Below, piece after piece: positions 1-11,059 of a DNA stretch of 20,000 bases. Source of the stretch: Spongospora subterranea f. sp. subterranea (taxonomy: Eukaryota); assembly GCA_049724395.1 (NCBI GenBank), contig JAUGWO010000081.1:50120-70119 (forward strand), in the 5' to 3' direction. The translations under genes and the position numbers were made by a program. Numbering within the stretch: the stretch's first letter is position 1; each line of letters opens with the position of its first letter. The notes under the pieces were generated by a model. That model was given only the letters and a program-made list of their open reading frames with translations. It ran no database searches and was not told the DNA's origin.

Positions 1-439
1 CGGAGCGACTTGATCGTTTGTCCCTATCAATTAAACGATCAAAAAGTCACTGAATTCTTAAGGTTTCCGTTATTGCTGTCATGATTTGCGACTGGGGTTG
101 AAACGCGTTGTTGCTTTTCCTGTTGTTAATTTTTCTCCCAAACTTACGTAGCCCTAGGGTGTTAAAAAAGGTCTTCTCATCTTTAATTCCAGAAATTCTC
201 GATGTTCGATTGTGAGTTTCGATTGCTTCGATGTTGAGTTTTAGCCAGTACTATTCTTGGGGAACATTACGAGAGTGCCTCTTTCGAATCGCAAAGTGAC
301 GACGCTAACGGACGCAACTTTGTACGACCCCAAAAAATTCGAATCGGCAACAGGCTTACTGATCCATGATATTATCTGAACACCCCAACCATCATCGCGC
401 TCGTTTCGGAATAAAACCCTAATTGCGCCTGCGTATTGC

Positions 440-487
440 AATAGCAAGCAACTTAAGTACGAATTCGAGGACGAAACACATACACGT
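440..487 (+). mobile_element. Ty1/Copia retrotransposon RNase H fragment (relic)
   Basis: Translates to IASNLSTNSRTKHIHV, preceded by a degenerate AC-IA. This resembles the Copia RNase H C-terminal motif (AIALAKNPVxHxRTKHIDIRYH). No intact pol ORF or LTR is seen. Confidence 0.6.
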
Positions 488-593
488 GGTGATTCTCATT
501 CCATCAGGGGTAGGTTGGACAAGGCTCAGAGTATCGCTCGGATGGCGGTTTGTTGCCAACTCCCTTGCCAACAAACCCAGCAGCCCATGCAAA

Positions 594-650
594 TGCAATT
601 TGACGTCGATGTGTTTCGACCGTGAATTAGTTCTCAAGTTGCTTGCTATT
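594..650 (-). mobile_element. Ty1/Copia retrotransposon RNase H fragment (relic), inverted relative to the 440-487 copy
   Basis: The minus strand reads IASNLRTNSRSKHIDVKLH (within ORF 419..961), matching the Copia RSKHIDV motif. Confidence 0.65.
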
Positions 651-2256
651 ACACAAAACACCCTTGAGTGTGGCCACCAAATTTTGCTCGTGCCAAGAAT
701 GGGCAGAAATATTGGACTGTGGACCAGAGCACGAATTGAGGGGGTCGTGAACAGATCGTTGCTCTCGAGAATCTGACCGATCCGGCGCCTTTTCACCACC
801 ATCGAAAGACATGATGAGAGGCTATCAGTCCGATCCCATGTGTATCGGAGCAACGCGGTTGCGATGCGCCGTTCGTCGAGGGCCGTTGGTGGTTCAGGTT
901 CGACATTACTCCCGACAGATACATGAGGTTGGGTATACTTATACAAAAAAAATGCTGACAACCGAGAAGAATGGGTCGTTTTGGACGGCGATGAGGTCGA
1001 ATGCTTACCAGAGTCGGCAACATAATCGCAAAAGCATCTGCATCGCGTTCGCAGCGACTGGGAGGTTCTATCAAAAACGCGCTCATTTTTGTGATTATGT
1101 GGCCTGCTTAATGGTTATGGTCGTCATCCTGATCGAAAATATCGGGGAAAAACGCACCGACATCAAATGAATATTGTTCGAGATGCATGTCGTTCTCCGA
1201 ACGCGTGGCAGCTGCATTACGAGTAGTCTGGCTCTAAGTTGACTTGATCTGCAGCAGCCTTCCCCAATGCGGATTCGTTGCTGGTGTTCATGGTGGAACA
1301 TTTTTGATACATAAGAAATGTCGTCTTTGGACTTTAATGGATCTGGTTTTTCGGTTGTGCCCCCTTGATGTATTCTTTAGATTATTGTATTTCGACTGAA
1401 TCTCTCCGTCAGCAGAGTGCTAGGCATCAAGGGTAAGAGTGAATTGAAATTCAGCCTTGAAGCGTTGGGAACGCTTTTATAGCAACCAGAAGAGAGATTC
1501 ATCATGCACTTCGTCCATTTGCGTTTCAAACTATAGTCAGACAGCCTCCTTATCTTCTCGGAGCAATGGCGTTGACGACGACAATAATCCGATCGTCTTT
1601 TTAATTCGTCGCTAACGATTTCATGCTCAAAAAGGTACGAGGCTTTTCTGAAAATCTAATCCTGACTCCGCATAAATCGGAGCAGCAAAACAAGTTGTAG
1701 AAACATCGGCGATAAAAACAATCTGCGACTTTCTTTCACTTGTACATATATGGAATACATATGATACATGGTACAGAATATGGTTGATGAAAAAATGAGA
1801 TTTTTTGGAGGGAAAATAACGAGTCGATGGAGGATTGTGTTTTTGGGGTTGCACGTGCCTCAAGAGCATCACTCTGACGACTTCATCCTCAACGCCAAAA
1901 ACCATATCGAGATAGGGTTTATCTGTGCAATGGTCGACCAGCAAAATCCCGAAATATCTTCAAAAAACCTTCTGGAATTGGCTTGATCGGATCTGGCTGT
2001 CACACCCAACGGTCTTGGACTGTTGGCCAACAAGGGCAACAGTCGGCACGGTATTCCAGAGCAGAAGGCCAGAAGGAGGCTGCGCCCGGCTCGTTTTACA
2101 GTCCTCATCCCCGACTGACGACTCACGCAATTATTTCCCATAGAGTGCGCGCGTCCGTGTGTTGTCAAGGAGTTGGTGGTAGTGACTAGTGAATAGTGAT
2201 CGTCGACGGTACATTTTGATCGGCCGGTTCTTGGGGCTGAACGTAGCCGTTGAGCA

Positions 2257-2654
2257 ATGGCGGCGCGAACGAAAATGGAGGATATCCAGCTGGAAATTGA
2301 TAAGACTAAGGTTAGGAGGATGTTCAGGCATGTGTGCTGTCCCCGCCTGAGATTCTGCGCGTAGAATGTGATGAAGAAGAATATCGAAGCGACCCTAGAT
2401 AGAGGTGATCAACTGGATGAGATGGAAGCGAAAGCAGATCGTTTAAATTCGCAAGCTCAAACTTTCAAGAAGAAAACTGGACAGGCCAAACGAGCCTATT
2501 GTAATGATCTCGGGTTTATCTTGTCCATAGTAGATAATAATAGGCTTCTTCATGTGCAGGTTGGCAATCGTGGCGTAATACCATCGCAATTTTTTTGATC
2601 GCTGCGGTTCTGCTGCTTCTGATATTGTTCTTTGCTGGTGTGTTCAAACTGTAG
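2257..2654 (+). CDS. Synaptobrevin/VAMP-family R-SNARE, short brevin type, 94 aa, 3 exons
   Basis: Exons 2257-2310, 2365-2500 and 2560-2654, joined through GT-AG introns of 54 and 59 nt, give MAARTKMEDIQLEIDKTKNVMKKNIEATLDRGDQLDEMEAKADRLNSQAQTFKKKTGQAKRAYCWQSWRNTIAIFLIAAVLLLLILFFAGVFKL*. It has an R-SNARE coil with zero-layer Arg (LDRGDQL) and a C-terminal transmembrane anchor. Confidence 0.95.
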
Positions 2655-3380
2655 ATTATTTGAGTACTCATTCAGGGCGAGGGGATGTTTCCCGTCAATC
2701 ACACATAACTCTCATCGCACTCTCGGTATTTTACTCATAATTTAACTCATTGTTGTGCCATCATTGATAAACTATTCGAATCTGTTACACATGCTTCATT
2801 GGTCGTCGGTGCAATCACAGGCGTGTTTTTTTCTCTCGAGAGCAATCCGAAACCCTGTCTCTTCGTGGGTTCGCCTCGTTTTGTGCTCACAACTGAGATC
2901 CGCGCATTTCACTGCAAACGACGCCGAGTTTCGAATCACATCTCGAGCTCTCCCAGATCTTGCTACAAAACCCCATCGACCACACACAAACCGTTTGATG
3001 TGAATACGAAGAGTGACATGGGTTTGGCCTACGAGGCCCCTGTAGTGAGGCTGCTGCTCGAGCTATTGGTGTTTCACTGTGTTTGTTCCTGACTTTGTGA
3101 GTGAAACAGCAATAGCTGTACACAGTCCAGGGTCAGTCCCAAATTACTGCTCTACAGTGCCCTGCCGTGCCCCGAGAGATCATCATAACGATTACATATG
3201 TGGTGCATGATCAAGTAATGCATTGTGCTGAGGCAGTTGCTGATCTGGTTGGCGACATCGGAGACGAGCGGAACCTGGGCCCTAGAGCATACAGTTCGGT
3301 CGCGTGGTGATGTCGCATTCGTCAGTGTTCGTTCGAGGGCAATCGTTGCAGCAGGTACAGTCGCGCAGCCCTGTCTGAAG

Positions 3381-6198
3381 ATTCCTTGGCCCGACGCAAA
3401 TCGTTAATTCCGTCTGGAAGATTTATCAACAGGTCAAGAAACCCCCCAATGAAAACCACGATAGAGTATTTGATGAAATGAGATTTCCGATCCCAGAAGA
3501 TGTTAACAGAAAGTCGGTACTTTCTTGGTCTTCGTGATTTTCAATCTCAGAGTTTGATGCCCAGCTTGCAAGGGCTTCCGTACTGCCCAAACGATAACTT
3601 GCAGGAATCAGTCATTGATGAGCCACTAGACCCACACTCAACTCAAACGTCCTTTGAGGATGCTTCATCACCATCCTCGTTCCTTGTCTACGACTCATCC
3701 CATCCTCAAAGGTTCGCGGTAGTATAACGGATTTTTTTTTCGCTCATCGCTGAGCGACGCAGGGCTGATCGTCAATCGAGAGATGGTCTGATCTTTAATT
3801 CTCGATTTGAATGTGGGAACCTGGATCGGGTTTATCGTCGTTCACCGTCGCTGACTGAAGGTGTCGCAACCGTTCATCGTGTGTACGACTTATGGCTTCG
3901 ACCTGATCGTTCCTCATCGCCCCACACGCAATGGTTCTATTTTGGTGTTGACAACATTGATCCGTTCGTGGACTTTACATTCAATATCGTCAACCTGGTC
4001 AAACCGAGCTCTCTATATGCGACTGTTTGCCTAATAATTCGCAGTGGCTTTTTGCAATTTTTAAACATGGAGAACTAGGGTATGCGCGTTTTGATGTATG
4101 ATGAACGCCAAGGATGGCATCGCGGTGGAAGGGTCCGCGGGTATGGCGCCAATTCTTTCCGAGACAAAAAAACGTCAAACCCATTCTATACGCTTTCATT
4201 CGACTTCCAGGTGCATAGAATTTGACTCACCCTCAGTATGTGTAATTAACATATGCGCCAGGCTAATGAAGATCAGCGCTGGATGTATATGGCGTATTCG
4301 TATCCGTATTCCTACACACGTCTCCAGCAGTACCTTGATTCGATTTCTGCTGAGATTGGTACGAATTGTGTTTCGCCAATCTTAAACTGTATTTATTTTG
4401 TTGTCCCAAAAGCAATTTGATAGAGGCTTTGCACTGTAACACTTGGACATTGCTGTTAATTAATTTCTAGCAACATTTTTTTCGACGCTCGTTATCGTGG
4501 ACACTCATTTATTTATTTTCAATTGTTGGCGTGTTCCTGCTCTTTCTATAGCTCAATTTTCCTTGGGATAGGTCATATGGATCACTGTCGGCGTGATCTT
4601 CTCTGTCGCAGCTTCTCCGGAAATAATGTCGACGTCTTGACCATCACAGTCTGATATTTCTATGTCATCGCTTATCCCCAAATAAAGGAAATATGCTCAT
4701 TAGGACTTTACAGCTGGGCAGGATATATCGTCAAGATCGTGTGCTGTCATTACAGGGAGGGGTAATCATAACTTTTTGGACTACCTTTTCGTTGCACTAT
4801 TTTGAGACATTGTCGCAGTTCATCCTGGCGAGCCAAATTCGTCGTGGATTATGGAAGGGATAATATCTTTCCTAATAGGCTCATCTCCTTCAGCGCGACG
4901 CCTTCGCCAGGTTCGCGAACCTCTTAATATCCTTTATTAGCTAGTAACTCCGGCTTTAGATGTTCATATTTACCATTATTCCAATGCTCAATCCTGACGG
5001 CGTGATTGACGGCAGTTATCGTACTGGAGGATCCGCCACCGGTAAATTCACAACCACAACGCTTTTCGAATAATGACAGCATGTCCAGGATCAGACTTGA
5101 ACCGGGTATGGCATAATCCTTCTCGCCGCAACCACCCCACCATATTCGCCACAAAAATGCTGATGAAAAGGTCTTAGAATCAAATCGCAACTTGAGCTTT
5201 AGCTTAACATTTTTCGTGTTTTTTTTTGTTGCATTTCGTAGTCACTTTTCGCTCGGAACCAGTTTTGATATGTTTCTGGAGGTTTTAAGTTGTCAGCTAA
5301 ATTTTTGTCTAAGGGTTAATGATCTCTTTGCGAATGTTGACGCTGTTTAGGCTTTCGAAAGAGCGCCCAATTCATTTTTTTATCGACCTGCATGGGCATT
5401 CCCGACGCCACAACATGTTCATGTATGGCTGGTCAGTATAGTGCCTCGTTTTTCTCGTCCAATTCGTATGATTCAGTTTTACAGTCCTCCCACTCAGCCA
5501 ACAGTTGTGCACGCTGAGCGAATCCTTCCGCGAATGCTTTGGAGGCTCGCCGATAATTTTTCGTTTCAGGTTGACCACTTTTTACATCCGACAAACTCAT
5601 TTTGTGCAACAATTTCACACATATGCTTGTTGTTAGGATTGCCGATTTGAAATTCAAAAGTGCAAGAAGAACACTGCCCGGGCAGTGGTGTCACGAGAGT
5701 TTGCCTGCATCAACTCATACACTCTTGAAGCATCGTTCGCCGGTAGTAATCAAAGCCATCGGTCAGGATTACATTATAATCAGCGAGATTATCGAGGTAA
5801 TTCTGTTCAACTTTTGCTCATGATATTAGGCCCCTGATTGGACAATACCTGATTTTTTGTACTGTGAACTGACTTCGGTGAATTTTCAGAGATGGGAGAG
5901 CGATTATGTGAAGGTTTGCTGAGGTACAGTGATGACCAGTACCGCGATGAGTACGAATGCGCCCATCGAGAAATTGCTTCTGTACTATCCTGAGACTAAC
6001 GAAATTGTCTTTGATCCACACAAATCGGTGAGAACTCAGGGCGATGCTGAATATGGTAACTTACCTGCTTTCGGAGAACAGTTTTGCGAAAAAGAAAAAG
6101 AGGGCTTGGTCGAAACTAGTAAAAGGATCAGGATGAACCGAGCGAAATCGATTCGAAAACATAATCTCAAAATCGACAAAATATTTCCGCAACGTTAA
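3381..6198 (+). CDS. Cytosolic carboxypeptidase (peptidase M14D, AGTPBP1/AGBL-like tubulin deglutamylase), multi-exon; both ends uncertain
   Basis: The spliced frame contains the family motifs in order: [12 protein letters not shown] (~3794), [45 protein letters not shown] (~4821), IPMLNPDGV (~4981), DLNRVW (~5095), FIDLHGHS (~5385) and SYTLEASF (~5718). The core ~3760-5980 is well supported. The gene either stops at TGA 5991-5993 or continues through an intron at 5982-6039. The 5' exons may extend upstream toward ~2800. Confidence 0.92.
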
Positions 6199-6905
6199 AT
6201 AATCCAATCTGTATAAATGAAACATGTCACTAACGAGGCATTGCATTGAACAGCATAGCAAAAAGTCCCCAGAAGATCTTTTCGACAGCATTGCTCTCGA
6301 GCGGACTCGTCCGCGGCTTCTGACGCAGAAACAGCTCAAAATTCTGAACTGGTGAGCTAGCGTGTTGACGATACGCCATCGCATCACCAAACAACAAGTA
6401 ACGAGCCGTTGCCCTCGATCCCAAAGACCTGATGCATGTTGAGCTCGGCAACCTTGTTGAGCAAAACTCCTCGTCAACTGGTTCCGTTGAATCGTTCTTC
6501 ATCGCTATCGTGGATATTCCGCTTCACTTCAACACATCTTGACACAAACGATGATACAGTGGGCCTAGCGAGGGAGCTGTGGATTTATTTCTGCTGGTGG
6601 TGGCCGAACAATAACTGTAAAATTCGTCCACCCGTTGAAAATTGTCTAGGTAGCTACTTGGCTGATCGCGATCAATTCACAACCGTCATTTTGCTCATCT
6701 TTAGAACATGGCACATTTCAGTCGAGGTCATTGTACCCATGCCATGTTCTCCACGGACCAACCATCTGTCGACAAACTCGGACATGCCGTGACATTTGAC
6801 CGAAATAACTGCACGCAACAATCAGCGCCAGTGTGGTACTCGACCCTCGGCGAATATCGTTCACGTCCACGAATGTTCGGCAACCGTGCCTCCCGATTAT
6901 CCCAT

Positions 6906-7805
6906 ATGTCGAATCCTGTGGTCCACCTCTATGTCCTGATTCATGGCCTTCATGGGCACTCGTCGGATCTCGAGTACCTGGACTGGGCGATCCGTTCGTG
7001 TGATCCCGGCGCCGTCGTCGACCGTCCCCCCATCAATCACGGCCAGACCAAGGACGGGATCGGCGCACAGGCCGGGCGCCTGTTCGATCACGTCTGCGGC
7101 CTGGTCGAGGTGCATGGCGCCACACACCTGTCGCTGGTCGGTTACTCGCTGGGCGGTCTGAAGGCCCGCTTCCTGGCCTATCTCCTCCACATCCATCGGA
7201 TCATCCCGCAACGGGTCGTCCCGGTCAGTTTCATGACGATCGCCACCCCACACCTGGGTTCCCTGCAGTGGTGTCGCGGGATTTTATCGCCATTCTCCCC
7301 GATCGCTCCTCTGGTTGCGGTATGGGCGGCGGGTCAGAGTGGTCGCGAGCTGTTCCTTCAGGACAGGGAAGGCACTCCATTGCTCGTTAATATGACCTCA
7401 GACAATTTTCTCAACGCTCTACGATTATTCCAGCGTAGGATCGCTTATGGCTGTATTCGCTATGATCCATCAGTTGCCTACGCCACAGCCGGAATCCGCC
7501 GACGAAACCCGTTCACCAATTTTGACAAGGCCAAGGGGACGCCCGTGATCGTCGAGGATCTGGTCGCTATTCCCGACCTATTGCTGAGCGACGCCATGAA
7601 GTTCCACAGCAAGGACGAGGAGGAAATGATGACGCGATTGAACACTCTTTCGTGGACCAAGATCGCCATCTCCCCCGCCAGGAACATCACCGCTCATATC
7701 GATATCGTGGTGAAAAACCCGAAATGTCCCCAATATGGCCAAGTCGTAATCGACGATATGATCTCCCGCCTCTGCGTTGTCGTATCAGATAATCCAACGC
7801 CATGA
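6906..7805 (+). CDS. DUF676 / putative serine esterase-lipase (alpha/beta hydrolase), intronless
   Basis: ORF 6708..7805, with the likely start at ATG 6906 (MSNPVVHLYVLIHGLHG). Motifs HLxVLxHGLxG, T.DGI, nucleophile elbow SLVGYSLGGL, FMTIATPHLG, GQSGRELFL.D, L..F.RRIAY, D..V and a C-terminal AH.DI are typical of DUF676 proteins. Confidence 0.9.
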   Translation: MSNPVVHLYVLIHGLHGHSSDLEYLDWAIRSCDPGAVVDRPPINHGQTKDGIGAQAGRLFDHVCGLVEVHGATHLSLVGYSLGGLKARFLAYLLHIHRIIPQRVVPVSFMTIATPHLGSLQWCRGILSPFSPIAPLVAVWAAGQSGRELFLQDREGTPLLVNMTSDNFLNALRLFQRRIAYGCIRYDPSVAYATAGIRRRNPFTNFDKAKGTPVIVEDLVAIPDLLLSDAMKFHSKDEEEMMTRLNTLSWTKIAISPARNITAHIDIVVKNPKCPQYGQVVIDDMISRLCVVVSDNPTP

Positions 7806-8731
7806 TTTTGTTAACAGGAAAGTCGCCCGATCCAGATCACTGTTGGGGACCCCATCATGGCGCACCGAATCGGTCGGATTCGAATCGATTGCGTTTGAGA
7901 AAACCCAACAACTTGCCGGCGGGCAGGCAATTCCTGGTCTGGTTGACCCCATCGATCACCCTCAGGGTTCGATGTTCTATCCGGTAATCTGAATCAATTC
8001 GCTTTAACTCACTGGATCAAACGTTGTGAAGACGTTCTTTCGAACCCAGTTAATCACTCGTCTTTTGATACAAGTCATGAACTTCGGATCTTTCTCCAGT
8101 TTTCGAAATCCTGACCAGCTTGAGGGAAGCTTGGAACGCCAACCTAATTAACGCCCAACAAACCATCAAAACTACCAAACCTGTACAGATGACAACACTT
8201 ATGGCGCTAGGAGACAAATGAGTTAATCTTTATCTGGACAATGAACGGAATTGTTTTTCAGGATTCAGCTTTGGTGGCAACGGTCATGGTCGATTCTGAA
8301 CCGGAGCAGCGTCACGAGTCCTCAATATCGACCTTCATCCGATGGACATGTCCACCTTAAGTTGCCACTGGCGATCATTGTTCCCGCTCCAGTTCCCATA
8401 ACTCTATGGCCAAAGTTTCATTTGGGATGCAGTGGCTCATTGTTGTTGTTGCCCAACTCAAATGCATTCGCTTGCAGTTCGTTGGGTCAGCCATAGGACT
8501 AAACTTTGTTCACCAAAACGTCATGGAAATAGTCGCGGAAACCAGCATGAGAGCTAGAAATTGTCACACGATGAACTAGAGTGTTTTTGTGGGTCATCGG
8601 ACGAAAAATTCCGATCGGGCAAACCTCAAGTGAACTCTGAGACGTTGAGTATTTCCAAATTCGGCCGTTGAGGACATGGCAGGAAACTCAACCTCCGATA
8701 AGGTGTGTGTGTGGTGGATATTGTGCCAATA

Positions 8732-8938
8732 ATGGATGCGGAACCTGAGGATAGGCGGCAACGGGGGGCGATCAACAATCCCAGGAAAAGGGGACGGCGC
8801 CAGGTCAGGTTTGCGGACGAGCTGGCGACGACGACGAACTACAGCAACACCGATGGGAGCTCAAGCGACGATCAGGACGTGGTGGTCGTGGTGAATTTGC
8901 TTCAGGTGACGCATATCCCCGAATCGTATCGAGAATGA
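8732..8938 (+). CDS. Possible small hypothetical protein or exon (basic stretch plus RVxF-like motif)
   Basis: Locally GC-rich ORF MDAEPEDRRQRGAINNPRKRGRRQVRFADELATT..., with a possible CAG|GT donor near 8906. No family recognised. Confidence 0.25.
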   Translation: MDAEPEDRRQRGAINNPRKRGRRQVRFADELATTTNYSNTDGSSSDDQDVVVVVNLLQVTHIPESYRE

Positions 8939-9475
8939 GATCGCTCCCGACAACAACCCAATTTCTGCTGAACCCACTGTCGTCGCGCGTCATCCACAAC
9001 CGGGCTCTTGACGATGGCGATCGCGGCCTGAAAACCGATCTAGTGCCGATTAAATCACCAACACAATACAACAGCTGTGCGGTTCCTACTAAAATTGCAC
9101 GAGATGTCGCATTCGATAGTAGTGTGGAAAAGCATTGATAGCACGATTGCACTGATGACCGTCTTTCTGTGCTGTTCTGGCGATTCGAGGTTCTGACAGG
9201 ACATGGTCGCTGATGATGAGCTTCATTGATTACAGTGTGAGAGGATCTAACCGTTCTTGAAAGCGCGAACTAGGGTCTGGGATTACTGAAGGAGTGTGCT
9301 CAGGGGAAACGGAGAAAGAATGGGATAGCGCCAGCGGCAACGATATTGGTCAAGTACCACAATCTTCGGATCAACCGTTTCATTATTCCAATTTTATTTT
9401 ATTGTTAAACGCTGCACGAGATTGTTTTCAACATCGGGGGGTTCTGTCTGTCGCAAAAGCCGTCAACAAGACGAA

Positions 9476-10567
9476 TCAGACCAATTTCACCACCTTTGAG
9501 GTGACCGGTTCAACGACCCGCTCTTCCTGACCATAACGAATGATGCCTTTGGCGATCGCCCCCAGATACCCGCCGTTCTTCAGGAACAGGTCGATCCATC
9601 CGGGGAACGGGCCGTCGTTCGTCAACGGGCCCGCGCCCAGGAAATGGTCGAGCGCCCCGCCGGCCCCGCCCATCAGTATCCGCGCGAGCTCAAACGGATC
9701 GAACTTGGACTTGAACCCGCCCAGATCGCGCTCCGACATGGCCGGGTCGTTCTCGATCGTCCCGTCCGACAGCAAAAAGATTCGCGACCCGATATGGGTA
9801 TATCCCCAGCCATATGGCGGCAGCTGCGTCACCACATCGTTATTGTGCACCAGGCGGAACGTCTTGTCGCGCAGCTCGCGATCATAGGCCAGGGCCAGGA
9901 CGTCGTCCATGACGCGCGGCGACCCAAACGTGTAGACCGTCAGGCCCATCGCCCGGCGTTCGCGAATTACTTCCACGCCACTGCGCCCTTCTTTCGGCGG
10001 CTGGATCTTTGGCGACATCAGGATCCCACGCAGGTACATGGCCGTCAGGGTGGCCAGCGCCCCGCCCAACGAGTGCCCAGTGACAAACACGTGCTTCTGG
10101 GCGCCATTCTCCGGCTGGAACTTGTCGATCGCGTCGCTAATTTGATCGAGGATCGACGACACGTCGCCCTTAGCGCTTTTCTGCGAGATCGCGTCGATGA
10201 ACCCGGAATGGGCTTCACCAGTGGTGACGCCCTCCGGCAACCACGGCAACGGTTTGCGAATCATCTGGACGTCGGTCCCCACCCAGTCCTTGACGTTCGC
10301 CTGGGAGCCGCGGAAAGCCACGACGATGACGGTAGCGGAGGACGCCACGTATGCCTGCGTGTCGGTGAAGCGCTCCAGGTTACTGCCGTCGATGAAGATG
10401 GATTTGGAGAAACCCCACTTCTCCAGCGTGACCTTGGCGTCGTCGACGTTGACCTCGTACGAGAGGTCGCTATGGCAGCCGAGCTTGAACGCCGTCTCCA
10501 AGCAAAACGACAGCTTCTCAGTTCGTGGGATCATCGTGGTCGAACTCATGCCCTTTCGTAAAAACAT
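9476..10567 (-). CDS. Class 3 lipase (Lipase_3, triacylglycerol lipase-like), intronless
   Basis: Motifs DTQAYV..IVVAFRGS, DW..D, AHSGF, VFVTGHSLGGALA (nucleophile), VYTFGSPRV, RLVHNNDVVTQLPP, YTHIG and a C-terminal LDH. The start is ATG 10567 or 10549. Strong G/C third-position bias. Confidence 0.95.
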   Translation of the reverse strand: MFLRKGMSSTTMIPRTEKLSFCLETAFKLGCHSDLSYEVNVDDAKVTLEKWGFSKSIFIDGSNLERFTDTQAYVASSATVIVVAFRGSQANVKDWVGTDVQMIRKPLPWLPEGVTTGEAHSGFIDAISQKSAKGDVSSILDQISDAIDKFQPENGAQKHVFVTGHSLGGALATLTAMYLRGILMSPKIQPPKEGRSGVEVIRERRAMGLTVYTFGSPRVMDDVLALAYDRELRDKTFRLVHNNDVVTQLPPYGWGYTHIGSRIFLLSDGTIENDPAMSERDLGGFKSKFDPFELARILMGGAGGALDHFLGAGPLTNDGPFPGWIDLFLKNGGYLGAIAKGIIRYGQEERVVEPVTSKVVKLV

Positions 10568-11059
10568 GATCAAGAACGGAAATCAATATGAAGTCGGAGA
10601 TCAGACGGTTCCACGTGTTCAACGAAATTGTATGAATTTACAGGTGGTGGGACGGCGAAATCAAAGATCGGAGATTGATCGGTTCTGCCCTGTTCAGACT
10701 CGGAGATGAACCCGTGCTGGATTGGGGTCGGCTACCGGTAGTACAGAGGTGGGTAGCGCCAACTGATGCAGGAACGGGATTGAAGGTCAAACATCAGGAG
10801 ATCATGTATGTATAGCAGATATGTTCTGAGGACCAACATCGCTGGTTGTGCTCAATCCGTTGAAAGTAAATCCAAGGGTCGACCAAAAACAGAAACGCAC
10901 CCGAGGGAAAAGCATCGCTGAACAGCAGCGGCAAAGGAAGCAAAAGATCCTATTGCGAAAAGCAACTGCCACGTCTAAGATCAAAATAAATGAGGAGCAG
11001 GTCTCCTGGTAGAGTGGTAGTTTACAGTGTATACACAGAAGCCGAAGAGAAGAGTACGT

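Noticed and set aside
419..961. 180-aa minus-strand ORF as a real gene
   Set aside because: Only a ~19-aa Copia motif is recognisable. The rest has no domain signal, so it is treated as a transposon relic in a chance ORF.
1000..2170. Minus-strand coding-like fragments (e.g. YFGILLVDHCTDKPYLDMVFGVEDEVVRVMLLRH)
   Set aside because: They could not be joined into a consistent gene model or matched to a family by eye.
6708..6905. N-terminal 66-aa extension of the DUF676 ORF
   Set aside because: It has lower GC and no family features. The domain begins right after ATG 6906. Not fully excluded.
8010..8500. Possible minus-strand terminal exon FRKLEKDPKFMTCIKRRVINWVRKNVFTTFDPVS*
   Set aside because: No convincing upstream exons or motifs, so support is insufficient.
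9644..10561. 305-aa + strand ORF, plus ORFs 9540..9887 and 10197..10709
   Set aside because: These are antisense shadows of the GC-rich lipase, with Arg/His/Ala-rich non-protein-like composition and no motifs.
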